From: Macrostomum lignano
Lineage: Eukaryota
Direction of reading: 5' to 3'
Length of the DNA stretch: 64,000 nt
Assembly (NCBI GenBank): GCA_002269645.1
Contig: NIVC01000600.1
Location: forward strand, 62,001-126,000
A program made the translations under genes and the position numbers. The notes under the pieces were generated by a model, which made no database searches, was not told the DNA's origin, and saw nothing but the letters and a program-made list of their open reading frames with translations. Positions 37,740-52,097 of this stretch are shown one piece after another (position 1 is the first letter of the stretch; each line of letters begins with the position of its first letter).

Positions 37740-38571
37740 CACTGCAGCTACAGCAGCGCAGTCCACACTGAAGTGCTATTAATCTGCAGGGAGGGAGCCG
37801 GATGCGAGGCGCAGCGGGCAGGCGGCCCTCACGCAGTCCCGGCAGCCAGCACTGATCCACTCTAATCGGCAACTCTGCGCTCGCCAGCCAGTCAGGCACC
37901 ACCAGCGAGTAGATGAAGCCGTACAAGAGGGGGGCATCGCTGACAGGATTAATTGAGACTGGGTATTACATAACCAATCCCCAATAAAATTGAGAGCGCG
38001 CAGGATTTCTCGGCCTCTGAGCACGTAGTTGTTATAACTGAGAGCTCCGTCTCGCTGGATCAAAAAAAATTGCACAGAAACTGGGACTGAGCACGATCGC
38101 TCTCGAGTACTGTCGGTTTTTTGGTCGGTAGAAAAATCCACCTACCTCAGCTAAGCGCTTTGGGATTTTCCGACACAACAGTGCTTTTACCAGGACACCG
38201 GGTTTCCATGCTGTGTTTGCCTATAACTTGATGGTGGCTCACTTCAGGCTGGGGAAGTACGGAGGCTCTCAATAAAATGAGCACAATATGGAAAACATTT
38301 AAGCCTAAATCTGCTGTTTCTTTGGCTTTCGTTTGTACAAGCCGGGAGTCCTGTCTCGGGCCCGACCACCCATGAATAAGTAACCAGATGCCCACTGCTC
38401 AATCGCTGCACCTGTGTCACACAACTGCATTGGGGTGTAGGAGTAGGGGAGAATTCAGAATTATAAAACTGAGCACTTTGTGTTTATTAGGCTTCGCGGT
38501 TCAGGTTGTGTGCGAGGAAGTTCGATAACTGTAAATTATAGAGAAATGTACGTTTGTGCTGGAGCTGTCAG

Positions 38572-39655
38572 AGTCAGAGAGGGAAGCGAGGAGGGGATAA
38601 GAGAGTCAGAGATGGAAGCGAGAAAGAGATAAGAGAGAGTCAGAGAGGGAAGCGAGAAAGAGATAAGAGAGAGTCAGAGAGGGAAGCGAGAAAGAGATAA
38701 GAGAGAGTCAGAGAGGGAAGCGAGAAAGAGATAAGAGAGAGTCAGAGAGGGAAGCGAGAAAGAGATAAGAGAGAGTCAGAGAGGGAAGCGAGAAAGAGAT
38801 AAGAGAGAGTCAGAGATGGAAGCGAGAAAGAGATGAGAGAGAGTCAGAGAGGGAAGCGAGAAGGAGATGAGAGAGAGTCAGAGAGGGAAGCGAGAAGGAG
38901 ATGAGAGAGAGTCAGAGAGGGAAGCGAGAAAGAGATAAGAGAGAGTCAGAGAGGGAAGCGAGAAAGAGATAAGAGAGAGTCAGAGAGGGAAGCGAGAAAG
39001 AGATAAGAGAGAGTCAGAGAGGGAAGCGAGAAAGAGATAAGAGAGAGTCAGAGAGGGAAGCGAGAAAGAGATAAGAGAGAGTCAGAGAGGGAAGCGAGAA
39101 AGAGATAAGAGAGAGTCAGAGTGGGAAGCGAGGAGGGGATAAGAGAGTCAGAGATGGAAGCGAGAAAGAGATAAGAGAGAGTCAGAGAGGGAAGCGAGAA
39201 AGAGATAAGAGAGAGTCAGAGAGGGAAGCGAGAAAGAGATAAGAGAGAGTCAGAGAGGGAAGCGAGAAAGAGATAAGAGAGAGTCAGAGAGGGAAGCGAG
39301 AAAGAGATGAGAGAGAGTCAGAGAGGGAAGCGAGAAGGAGATGAGAGAGAGTCAGAGAGGGAAGCGAGAAAGAGATGAGAGAGAGTCAGAGAGGGAAGCG
39401 AGAAAGAGATAAGAGAGAGTCAGAGAGGGAAGCGAGAAAGAGATAAGAGAGAGTCAGAGAGGGAAGCGAGAAAGAGATAAGAGAGAGTCAGAGAGGGAAG
39501 CGAGAAAGAGATAAGAGAGAGTCAGAGAGGGAAGCGAGAAAGAGATAAGAGAGAGTCAGAGAGGGAAGCGAGAAAGAGATAAGAGAGAGTCAGAGAGGGA
39601 AGCGAGAAAGAGATAAGAGAGAGTCAGAGAGGGAAGCGAGGAGGAGATGAGTCAG
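38572..39655 (+). repeat. 34 bp minisatellite (GAGAGTCAGAGAGGGAAGCGAGAAAGAGATAAGA)
   Basis: Tandem array. Confidence 0.96.
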
Positions 39656-40444
39656 AGATCAGAGCAGTTTGAACGCCATAAAGAGCAGAGACCAGCAAGC
39701 GCTGGTACATGGCACTGAGGAGGGGCACCCGAGAAGAAGCAATGCAGTTTCATTGACACTCTTACGAAGAATTGCCTCTCCTCCAAGCCTTCAGCCAGAT
39801 TTTATTGACAGAATTTGACCGACCAACTCGGCCGTGGGATTATTGTTAATCCTTCAGTTTGATCGAAAGATGATCCATTTATAGTGTAGCGTATCTGAGT
39901 CTCTCTCTCATTCTCTCTCTCTCTCTCTTAGCAAGGCTGGCAATGAGAATTCTTTGTCGCTTCCCGGCTATGCAGTCTGGCCAACCAACGAGGTCACAGA
40001 GGTCAACGGGCAGTATTATTACGACACAACCCATTTCTAACCAACCTTTTTCTTAGCGCCCATAAGGAATTCCCAGTCTCCCTTATTCCTCATCAGAATC
40101 CGTCCCTCATAATATTTAGAGTTTTTTTATTCATCAGGGCACACATAGTATCCGAGCCTTGATAACTTGAAGATTGATTCTCAAGAGTCCGCCCAGAGCC
40201 TGCCGAACAATGGGGAGGTTTTACAGTCACTTCAGATTGGAGAATAGGCGAGAGTAAGTGGCGTTGAGGAAGGGATTGCCTCCTCAGAGAGGACTATTGG
40301 ACTGACAGGTGGATATTGTGAGGCTGAGCCCGATCTCTTGTGACTATTTTTTCAGTCTGTGCTCACAATATGAAATGGGAATGGGATTTCACACCTTTGA
40401 TTGCTGAGGATTAAGGCTAGGATTTTGGTGGATTGTTGCGGGCA

Positions 40445-41095
40445 GGGCGGGTTTCTTCAGGGATGGTTTCGTCAGGGATGGTTTCTTCAGGGATGGTTTC
40501 GTCAGGGATGGTTTCTTCAGGGATGGTTTCTTCAGGGATGGTTTCTTCAGGGATGGTTTCTTCAGGGATGGTTTCTTCAGGGATGGTTTCGTCAGGGATG
40601 GTTTCTTCAGGGATGGTTTCTTCAGGGATGGTTTCTTCAGGGATGGTTTCTTCAGGGATGGTTTCTTCAGGGAGGGTTTCATCAGCGATAGTTTCATCAG
40701 TGATAGTTTCATCAGGGATGGTTTCTTCAGGGATGGTTTCGTCAGGAATGGTTTCTTCAGGGATGGTTTCTTCAGGGATGGTTTCTTCAGGGATGGTTTC
40801 TTCAGGGATGGTTTCTTCAGGAATGGTTTCTTCAGGGATGGTTTCTTCAGGGAGGGTTTCTTCAGGGATGGTTTCTTCAGGGATGGTTTCTTCAGGAATG
40901 GTTTCTTCAGGGATGGTTTCTTCAGGGATGGTTTCTTCAGGGAGGGTTTCTTCAGGGATGGTTTCTTCAGGGAGGGTTTCTTCAGGGATAGTTTCACCAG
41001 GGGTGGTTTCATCAAGGGGGTTTTCTTCAGGGATGGTTTCTTCAGGAACGGTTTCTTCAGGGAGGTTTTCTTCAGGGTGGGTCTCTTTGGGGTGG
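40445..41095 (-). repeat. 15 bp repeat (minus strand CCTGAAGAAACCATC = PEETI)
   Basis: Tandem array; possibly coding (see findings). Confidence 0.93.
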
Positions 41096-41158
41096 GTTTC
41101 TCCAAAAAGAGGTTCATAAGAGATCAAAGGAGGGCATGAGGACTAGGAGACAAAATAA

Positions 41159-41295
41159 GGGTCAGAAGAGGGGGTCAGAGGAGGGGTTCAGAGGAGGGGT
41201 CAGAGGAGGGGTCAGAGGAGGGGTCAGAGGAGGGGTCAGAGGAGGGGTCAGAGGAGGGGTCAGAGGAGGGGTCAGAGGAGGGGGGGGGTCAGAGG
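41159..41295 (+). repeat. 12 bp repeat (GGGGTCAGAGGA)
   Basis: About 10 units. Confidence 0.9.
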
Positions 41296-41775
41296 AGAAT
41301 GTGAAATGAGAGTCAGGCTTAGAGGAGGCAGTTAAGACAGCAGTCAATTCGCAGCGCTTGAACACCCCAGAGCAAAAGAATGCGTCTCCCCCTGCCTTGA
41401 GCCGGAGGCGACTCCCAGCGATTCCCGGGAAGAACCAGCCGGAACTCTCAGTCCAAAATTTAAACAAAACAGCTAACAAGGAAACTGCAGAGGCAGCGGG
41501 GTGCGCGGGAGGGGCTTCGATGATTGCCGAGAAAACATGCTTAAAAAGTTGCTCAGAGTTCAATGTCAACGCGACCTTTTGACCCCCCGCCCCCGCTGCC
41601 AATGGGAGGCTCTACCCGCCAACATCCTGGTTAAATATGGCCTTATGGATGCTTTTGAAGGCTTTGGCTGCGAGTGCAGACTGCTAGCATTGGGATGCAG
41701 GGAATTGGGGGATTTCTACATACGGAAAACGCACGGAACATAGGATCATTGAAAGACGAAAAAAAGATTCCATGG

Positions 41776-42200
41776 GAGATAGTGAGGGGAGACAGTGAGG
41801 GGAGACAGTGAGGGGAGACAGTGAGGGGAGACAGTGAGGGGAGACAGTGAGGGGAGACAGTGAGGGGAAATGGTGAGGGGAGACTGTGAGGGGAGACAGT
41901 GAGGGGAGACAGTAAGGGGAGACAGTGAGGGGAGACGGTGAGGGGAGACAGTGAGGGGAAATGGTGAGGGGAGACAGTAAGGGGAGACAGTGAGGGGAGA
42001 CAGTGAGGGGAGACAGTGAGGGGAGACAGTGAGGGGAAATGGTGAGGGGAGACAGTAAGGGGAGACAGTGAGGGGAGACAGTGAGGGGAAATGGTGAGGG
42101 GAGACAGTGAGGGGAGACAGTGAGGGGAGACAGTGAGGGGAGACAGTGAGGGGAGACAGTGAGGGGAGACAGTAAGGGGAGACAGTGAGGGGAGACAGAG
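41776..42200 (+). repeat. 13 bp minisatellite (GGGGAGACAGTGA)
   Basis: Tandem array. Confidence 0.95.
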
Positions 42201-42774
42201 GTGGGAGACAGTGGCACACGGGGGCAGGAAGGCATCCAGTCGCATATTAGAGCACGGGAACTCTTACAATTCGGTGACTGCATTGCCTTCAACTTACTGT
42301 CCAAGCATTTTTGTTTCTCCTGTCATTATTTCTTTCAAAACTTTTTCTTTCATTTCGCCCCGCAACTAGACTGGCCGGCCTTTCATCCCTGGCCCTGTCC
42401 CCACGGCCGGGAAGATGTCAAAGTCGCCGCGTCGCCTTCGAACATGCTTCGAGTTCGCAGTCGATGAGGTCATTTCAGGAGACCCTCCGACTCTTCGTCT
42501 CACTAATCGGTGTAGGGGGGGGGGGAAATTTGCATACTCGATTCTTGGAAACGCGTCATTTCTGTGGTCTTTAATGGAGATGGGCGGGTGGCGGACAGTG
42601 GGCGACCGGGATAGGCTGGCCAGAGTGAGGGACCCTGTGACTGAATAGTTGACACGGTACTGAGGTCCCATGTCTTTGATTGATAGAAAATTATGGCAAT
42701 TATTCATGCAAAATAAACCTTGACGAATCATTCAACAAATGTACAAATAATTCATGGGTAAGGTCATAAGTTCA

Positions 42775-43172
42775 TGAGTTATGAGTTTATGAGTTTATGA
42801 GTGAATGAGTGAGTGAGTGAGTGAGTGAGTGAGTGAGTGAGTGAGTGAGTGAGTGAGTGAGTGAGTGAGTGAGTGAGTGAGTGAGTGAGTGAGTGAGTGA
42901 GTGAGTGAGTGAGTGAGTGAGTGAGTGAGTGAGTGAGTGAGTGAGTGAGTGAGTGAGTGAGTGAGTGAGTGAGTGAGTGAGTGAGTGAGTGAGTGAGTGA
43001 GTGAGTGAGTGAGTGAGTGAGTGAGTGAGTGAGTGAGTGAGTGAGTGAGTGAGTGAGTGAGTGAGTGAGTGAGTGAGTGAGTGAGTGAGTGAGTGAGTGA
43101 GTGAGTGAGTGAGTGAGTGAGTGAGTGAGTGAGTGAGTGAGTGAGTGAGTGAGTGAGTGAGTGAGTGAGTGA
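42775..43172 (+). repeat. (GAGT)n microsatellite
   Basis: Near-perfect array. Confidence 0.97.
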
Positions 43173-43484
43173 GTACACATACATGTAGCAGCAGATTAAA
43201 GCGCAGGAGATTAATAACCAGAGCTCAAAGCCCTCCCAGTCAAAAGATCAAGCAGGCTACCTGCTTACGATGCCTCTTGAAGCCCCCAGCAGGTGGAATT
43301 CCGCGGGCGTGGTCGCGAACAATGAGCCCACAATCCGGTGCCTCTGCAGACGCAACGCTGGGCACCGCAGGAACGCCAGGGCTGGGTCAGAGACTTCCTC
43401 ATTCACGACTGTTTTCCACGGGCTGCACGCGGGGCCGCAAAGCAGCCCTGGGCTTTTTTGCTAAAAGCGGCTACAGACTCTCCG

Positions 43485-43533
<49 letters not shown>

Positions 43534-43694
43534 CAGTCTCCCTGCTCCCAAGTATTATTCAGAACCCAGTTTTCTCCTTATGCTTCAATGCTTGTTTTTC
43601 TTTGACCAAATTGTTAACAAGGGAAATTTTGGAGCCGATCCGGGGAGGTGGGCTGAGTGAGCTCAATGCAACGGCTTCAGGTTGGGGATAGACT

Positions 43695-44122
43695 TGAGTG
43701 GGATTTGGGTTCAGGGATTGGGTTCAGGGATTGGGTTCAGGGCTTTGGGTTCAGGGAATCGAGTTCAGGGAATCGAGTTCAGGGAATCGAGTTCAGGGAA
43801 TCGTGTTCAGGGATTTTTGTTCAGGGATTTGGGTTCAGGCATTTGGGTTCAGTTCAGACTCGAGTTCAGGGAATCGTGTTCAGGAATTTGAGTTCAGGTA
43901 TTTGGGTTCAGGCATTTGGGTTCAGGCATTTGGGTTCAGGGACTCGAGTTCAGGGAATCGTGTTCAGGAATTTGGGTTCAGGTATTTGGGTTCAGGAATT
44001 TGGGTTCAGGGATTTGGGTTCAGGCATTTGGGTTCAGGTATTTGGGTTCAGGAATTTGGGTTCAGGGATTTGGGTTCAGGTATTTGGGTTCAGGGATTTG
44101 GGTTCACGGATTTGGGTTCAAG
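43695..44122 (+). repeat. 15-16 bp degenerate repeat (TTTGGGTTCAGGGA...)
   Basis: Tandem array. Confidence 0.88.
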
Positions 44123-44656
44123 GAATTAGTCAGCCATTTAAACTGCCATGGCTTACACGATCCTTCCATTATTGAGCAGGCAATCTTACATCCCATCAAA
44201 GTGTGTCACCGCGGAGCCTACACCACTGGCTTCCCAATTTAGAGTTTGACCTTCCCTGGCGTAGTTCCTGATTCCCACTGATTGAAAATCGAAGAGATGT
44301 GGCGGATGGGGAGCCTGGGCGGATGCGAGGCGCGTGCTTCGAAATGGACTGGATGGCTGTAAAATACGCGAAATATGGGAATCCGCGGGGAGGGTCCGAT
44401 AATGAGGATGCTAATGCTGATGGGGCATCTGATGGTTGCATCAGAGGGATTCGACCGCGGCCACTTTGATTGGCTGGCGGAAATCGAAAGTGAGGGGACA
44501 GCGGGATTGGCGGCCCGGCTGATTATAGCGAGTTTGGCAGCTCGCTGGGGAGACTGGGCTGATTGAGGATGTGGGAGAGCGGGGAGTGTGCGACTCCCTG
44601 CTGCGAGCCGGACCGGAAGTTTGGGAACGCACGGGAGGGATGAAGAGATAAAAATT

Positions 44657-44992
<336 letters not shown>

Positions 44993-46893
44993 CAGTACAA
45001 GAATCCCCTCATTCGGCCATCGCACTCATCCTCAAAATCCATCTTTAATACCTAGAAATGTTCTCCTAAAGAAACTGGAGGATCTCCAGCCAAGCGAACG
45101 GGATTTCCCACAATTCCAGAGCTCCTCCGCCCATCGAACCAGAAGAATTTTGCTCCTTTGTTGGGCCGCTCCGGCCAGGGAATTAAAATCTTTCATCTAT
45201 TCGATCGCTGGTGCCGCGCAGCAACTTCGTCTGGCGCAGAAAAGTCCGGCCGGCCGGCCGAAGTGCTTTGTCAATCCAGCCGGAAAGAATGCCTTCGCTC
45301 CTGCCCGCTCTTCATCCGCCCGGTCGAATTCCGGGCACTTGCGAATCCGGGCCGCCTGTCTTGGAACAGCTCGACAAGGCGTTAAAAAACTGGCCGCTAC
45401 TCAAGAGTCGGACTGATTGGAGAGGGGCTCCAGTGCGTGAGGAAGGGGAGACGGAATGACGGTCTCCAGTTTCACAACTCGTACTGTTTAGGATTGGGCG
45501 GAGACAGTTTAGGAAAAGAAAGTGCATGGGGTTTAAGGATTTTACTGGAAGGAATTCAAGGGGATTGCAAGGGGAATTGCAAAGGTGAATTGCAAGAAAG
45601 ATTGCTCAGACCAGCAACCGAATGAAAGTTGATTAAAAAGTCTTCGATCCGCTGTCTATGGGCCGAATCTGCCTTCGAGTTTGGGAACCCTTCTCCCAAC
45701 CAGCGGCGGCACCGAATCAATCGCATTCCCCGCAGCTGACAGCTGGAAATTCAATAAGGCCGAGCGTGGAGGCCGGAGCCCGCCCGCGGACACCCGCAGC
45801 AGAAGCCGGCCAGACGCCGGGGCAATGAAAAATGAAATCTCTTTGGGGGGGGGGGGGCAGACATTTCCCGCCTTCCTTCTTTAACCCAGCCGGCCTCCGA
45901 CCCCCCGAGAAGGCTGAGGCGGATGAAAAATGACTATTGGATTGATGAGGCTCCAGTGCCGACCTCCCGTGAAGAGAACAACTCCCAACCTCAGGGAGGG
46001 ACACTGCCATAGGATTTGGCTGAGAGCTGGGACTAGAACTCCTGCCCATCCTAGACATTGCTGAGCAGACTCACGCAGCAGAACTCACGCCCCCCCTAGC
46101 TCGCTCTTCTTCTCTTTCCTTTGTTCAAGGGAAGGCGAGAGAGAGAGTGGGAGTTCGGGAACGGGCAGAATGTCTGAGCAGGGTTTTATTATTGACAAAT
46201 TTGCTTGAGTTCTTGGATTGACAAAGACAATTGAAGCGCCTGGGGTATGGGGGGAGGGCATTGTGAGCGCATGCATGTGTGACGCAACCACTGCTTCAGA
46301 CCTGATGAAGAGGGAGCCTGAGGGGGAACTGAGTCAGGCTATACTCGCTTTTAAGGCTTCTCAAGAATATTATTACAGTAGTATTATTTTACAGCAGTGT
46401 CCAACAGGGAGCTCTACTCATGCCAACTTTTGCTTTCCACTGAGGCCAACCAATGGCTGTGACGTCAAAAAGGTGGGGAAGGGGAGGGAGACTTCGGCTA
46501 CTCTCTACAGGTGGTCCTTGCGCTGACCATGCCCCTCTGCTGCTCACCCTTCCAGTTCAATTTTACTCCGAAGATTTTTTTAATTAAATTCGCCAAAACC
46601 ACAATGAGCTCCCCAAGCACTGACTCAGCATTTTTTTCGGAGGAAAGATTGCGCTTGGGAGAATTTATGAAAGTTAATGTGCCCTGAAGTTGGCTCGCTC
46701 ACCTGCAGCAAGGAGGGCGATGCGATCACTCCCCGATGACGTCAGCATTTCGATGAGCTGGGCCAGCTGAACCGGCTGACTTCTGGGTGAATCAGGGTGA
46801 CAAGCGACTGCTGATTTATTGCCTGCGATCTCGGCAGATCAGCTCTGGAATTCGAGGGAACGCTTGTGATTATACGAGTATCTGCTGGAAACA

Positions 46894-47230
<337 letters not shown>

Positions 47231-48261
47231 GCTATATATGGAAGGACAGAGAAAGTCCACAGCAATAATTGATCAATAGAAATAAGTGACTGAGTCGCCA
47301 ATGAAAATGAGTGCTCAATGCAGTTATCGCCTAAAGGGGATGTCACGGATCCACAGAACCGAGTGTTGGGAGGGGTCGGCACGAGGTCATTCCCAGTGCA
47401 AATTGGAGCCAATGACCAATCAGATTGGCATCCCCAGATTGAATCGGACAGATAAGATGGCTTGGGAAGTCGCAGGCGGGGAGAAGGCACGGTTCGAATC
47501 CTAGTTCCAGTTGTCAGTCACGCCAATGCCCCCCCGCGGTCAGTTGATTTGAGTTCAAGTTCTTCTCCCCAGCGTTAAACTTTTCGCCATATTATAAGAG
47601 TCTGCTTTCCCTGCCCCCAGCAACAGTGCAGGAATCCTCATATTGCTGGGCCGTTGATAAGTTCGAGTTGTTTGATCTCGCCCGGCTCTTCAGCGGCGGT
47701 GGGGGGGGGAATTGAGGGCACCCCAGCCTCCCTCTCCATCGGTTCGCCCAAAGGGCAAATTTTTAGGCAATTTATTTGTTGCCAGAGAGAGCAGCGAGCG
47801 GCCTTCTCTCCTAGAAGAGAGCGAGCTTATTGTCAATCGATTTCTAACGGAGAGAGAGAGAGTGACTATTTCTAGGAATATTTTTCCCGGCGAACTGAAC
47901 TGCGGCTGGGTTGCTCTGGGATCATTGATTTCAAGGCTGGGCGATGAGGCACCGGTGAGGAGGCTGTGAGCCACGGGATTCATCTCTCTGGGAGCGGAGT
48001 AAGAGACAGGGGTCAAGCTAGACTGCTCACAGCTGAGGCCCGAGATGCTGGCTGCTGGGCGGGCGGGGCCGAAAGCAGAAAAGCGATTTGCTTGCTTCAC
48101 TGCTTCTGTTTATAGGGGATTGCCTCAGACTGAAGGAGACTGCAGAACGCACCGAAACAGCAATCTGCAGTCTCCTTCAGTCTATCTGCAGTCTCCTTCA
48201 GTCTTTCTGCAGTCTCCTTCAGTCTTTCTGCAGTCTCCTTCAGTCTGGTAGAAGTCAATCT

Positions 48262-48890
48262 ACCATCTCTCTCGATCTATCTACCGTCTCCTCCAATCTA
48301 TCTACCGTCTCCCCCAATCTATCTACTATCTCCTCCAATCAATCTACCATCTCCTCCAATCTATCTACCATCTCCTCCAATCTATCTACCGTCTCCTCCA
48401 ATCTATCTACCAGTTCCTGCAATCTATCTACCATCTCCCCCAATCTATCTACCATCTCCCCCCAATCTATCTACCATCTTTTCCAATCTATCTACCATCC
48501 CCCCAATCTATCTACCATATCCCCCCAATCTATCTACATCTTCCCCAATCTATCTACCATATCCCCCCAATCTATCCACCATCTCCCCATCTATCTACCA
48601 TCTCCCCCAATCTATCCACCATCTCCCCCAATCTATCTACCATATCCCCCAATCTATCTACCATCTCCCCCAATCTATCTACCATCTCCCCCAATCTATC
48701 TACCATATCCCCCAATCTATCTACATCTTCCCCAATCTATCTACCATATCCCCCCAATCTATCTACCATCTCCCCCAATCTATCCACCATCTCCCCCAAT
48801 CTATCTACCATATCCCCCCAATCTATCCACCATCTCCCCCAATCTATCCACCATCTCCCCCAATCTATCCACCATCTCCCCCATCTCCAT
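48262..48890 (+). repeat. ~21 bp minisatellite (CCCCAATCTATCTACCATCTC)
   Basis: Tandem array, preceded by a 20 bp x4 repeat at about 48163-48245. Confidence 0.92.
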
Positions 48891-49899
48891 CTCTCAGTTT
48901 CGCACGCAGTTTAGCACATATGCAAATCAGTTTCCCTCACACAACATCCGCCCCGGCCTCTCTCGGAACCCATCGAATAAACAAACCAGCTGGAGCCGCA
49001 CAAGCACGGCGAGGCGCGTCCGGTTTTACTTCGCGCTCAAGCGTCTGCATCTGATCAAATGCCTGCATGCGTTCCAGCCTCTCTCGCTTGCAGTGCAAAC
49101 CTGATTCTCAACCAGTCAACCGTATCCATGACAACCCAGTGCGGAGTATTTGGCCCTTCGTATCTCGGAGCGCACCGTACCGTGAGACAGGCGCACACAA
49201 AAACTTACAATATACAAACTCTCAATGCAATGATGAATCTATGCATCAATATGAGTAGCTAGGACAGTCTGCAGTGTGTGGCTACCGAGGCTACCGAGGC
49301 TACCGAGGCTACCGTGGTCCCGGACAGATTAAAAGTCAAATTCCAACGTTCCCTTAGCCAGTGGTGGGAAAGCTGCAAGCAAAGTGTGAAGACAGAGACG
49401 GTCATAAACTGTTTTATTGCTTCCCATAGCCAGACAGGCTGCTTTTGGTCTTCTGCTCCTGGCCAAGCAGTTTTATCGCAACTGCCAAAAGCAAGAGCGG
49501 TCTGATGCTGCCGAACCCCCGGGGTGCAAAATACTTTGCTAATACCAAGCCTCGAAGGCTACACCAAACTGCAGAGCTGGTGTAGAAAGTTATTTTTTAA
49601 ATTTATTAAAATCATTGCCATCACGTGAACAGTTGGTCTCCGAATCGAATATCGAATCTAAGAATTTATATTGGGGATGATCGGCGGCGCGGGGATGCTA
49701 CCGGGAATTCATGATGCTATTAAAGTTCGGCGTCAACTAATAAAACTCTGTTAAACTTTATGACGCGCAGGTAGTGCAGTGCGCGCGGATTGACAAGATA
49801 AAGGCGCATTTCAAGGCTTTTGGGTCAGTGAGCGGGAAGTTGGTGAAACATGAGCGCCTTCTTCAAGTTTTGTCACCTTTTGGCGCTTTGCCAGGTGAA

Positions 49900-50280
49900 G
49901 ACTTTGGAGTTTAGCTAGATAAACACTTTGGAGTTTATAGCTAGATAAACACTTTGGAGTTTAGCTGGATAAACACTGGAGTTAAGCTAGATAAACACTT
50001 TGGAGTTTATAGGTGGGTAAACACTTTAGGGTTTAGCTGGATAAACACTGGAGTTAAGCTAGATAAACACTGGAGTTTATAGGTGGGTAAACACTTTGGA
50101 GTTTAGCTGGATAAACACTGGAGTTAAGCTAGATAAACACTGGAGTTTATAGGTGGGTAAACACTTAGGAGTTTAGCAGGATAAACACTGGAGTTTAGCT
50201 AGATAAACACTGGAGTTTATAGGTGGATAAACACTTTGGAGTTTAGCTTGATAAACACAGGAGTTTTAGCTATATAAACA
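49900..50280 (+). repeat. 22-26 bp repeat (GATAAACACTGGAGTTTAGCTA)
   Basis: Tandem array. Confidence 0.9.
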
Positions 50281-50759
50281 ATTTTGCACTGAGAACAAAT
50301 AAACTTTGAGCTTTCTAGAATATTCCAACACCGCTATAGAAATTCCTTCACTATTTCCGCTCAAATGCACCTAGGCCTGACCTCTGCAGATTCGCTTTCC
50401 AACTGCCATGGAGAGCAGGTACATTGAGCAACAGCTGCTGCTGCCTCAATGCGCAGCTGCAGAATTGCTTCAAAGTTAGCAAGCAAGAGAACAAAAATTG
50501 AAAAAAGCAATTTCTCTATTATGTACTTCTAGAATCAAGGTTTCGTCTCAAATACGGCATTACTGGTTTGCAAAAATAACTGATCGAGAAAAGTGATTCT
50601 AAGAAGGTTCTTGATGAGGCCAAACACTCCCGAGGGTGCGGAGAACAGCTGTGAGTTCTGAGCTCGCAAACCCGCTGATCAACTGCGCAAAACTGCAGTG
50701 AAACCGCGGTTCGTGTTTAACTGGTGAGCCAGCGCTACCACCTGACCAGCTCATCGTGT

Positions 50760-51690
50760 CTCTCACTCACTGCCCCCTCTCACTGTCCACTCTCCTCTCA
50801 CTGTCCCCTCTCTCCTACTCTCCTCTCACTGTCCCCTCTCTCCTACTCTCCTCTCACTGTCCACTCTCTCCCCCTCTCCCTGTCCACTCTCTCCCACTCT
50901 CCCCTCTCCCTGTCCACTCTCTCCCACTCTCCCCTCTCCCTGTCCACTCTCTCCCCCTCTCCCTGTCCACTCTCTCCCACTCTCCCCTCTCCCTGTCCAC
51001 TCTCTCCTACTCTCCTCTCACTGTCCACTCTCTTCCCCTCTCCCCTCTCCCTGTCCACTCTCTCCTACTCTCCTCTCACTGTCCACTCTCTCCCCCTCTC
51101 CCTGTCTACTCTCTCCCACTCTCCCCTCTCCCTGTCCACTCTCTCCCCCTCTCCCTGTCCACTCTCTCCCACTCTCCCCTCTCCCTGTCCACTCTCTCCC
51201 CCTCTCCCCTCTCCCTGTCAACTCTCTCCCCCTCTCCCTGTCAACTCTCTCCCACTCTCCCCTCTCCCTGTCCACTCTCTCCCCCTCTCCCCTCTCCCTG
51301 TCCACTCTCTCCCCCTCTCCCCTCTCACTGTCCACACTCTCCCCCTCTCCCCTCTCCCTGTCCACACTCTCCCCCTCTCCCTGTCCACTCTCTCCCCTTC
51401 TCCCCTCTCACTGTCCACACTCTGCCCCTCTCCCTGTCCACTCTCTCCCACTCTCCCCTCTCCACCCTTTTCCCTGTCCACTCTCTCCCCCTCTCCCCTC
51501 TCACTGTCCACTCTCTCCCCCTCTCCCCTCTCACTGTCCACTCTCCCCCTCTCCCCTCTCCCTGTCCACTCTCTACCCCATTCCCTGTCCACTATCTCCC
51601 CCTCTCCCCCTCACTGTTCACTCTCCACTCACTGTCCACTCTCTCCCCCTCTCCCCTCTCAGTGTCCACTCTCACCTTTTAATCTCTCCT
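50760..51690 (+). repeat. CT-rich minisatellite (CTCTCCCTGTCCACTCTCTCCC...)
   Basis: Tandem array. Confidence 0.92.
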
Positions 51691-52097
51691 CTCACTAAGG
51701 TATTATAATAATGTATATTTATAGACACAACCGATCGTCACTTACCATTCAGTATAAGTCAGTTTTGAAACGAGAATCACCGCGAACGCTTCATTGTAAT
51801 AGGAGGGAAAGGTAGGGCGGGATATACGAGTATATTCGAGCCTTTTCCTGTCTCTATCTGCAGCAAAGTGTGCTTTATAGGGGTTGAAATATTCAACTGA
51901 GCGGCGGTGCACAATAGGCTGAGTGAATCAATCGCTTCGCCAGCCAATGACCGCCGACTTGCTGGACCCGTGGGCTGTAGATACTTCACTATAGTCGGCT
52001 TTTCATGTAGCCTCGATCGGCTACTGTAAGTAGCGCGCATTGCAAATGTCCCGTATAATCCTGAGACAATAAACACATCTCAAGTTTGGTAAGGCTT

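Noticed and set aside
41776-42200. GACAGTG resembling the RAG/Transib heptamer CACAGTG
   Set aside because: It mismatches the invariant CAC, and there is no nonamer, spacer, terminal inverted repeat or transposase.
43695-44122. Telomere-like TTTGGG repeats
   Set aside because: The unit is 15-16 bp (TTTGGGTTCAGGGA..), not a TTAGGG-type hexamer array.
47445-47520. GGTTCGAATCC (47491-47501), a perfect tRNA T-loop/B-box
   Set aside because: No convincing A-box, acceptor stem or cloverleaf could be built; at most a SINE relic.
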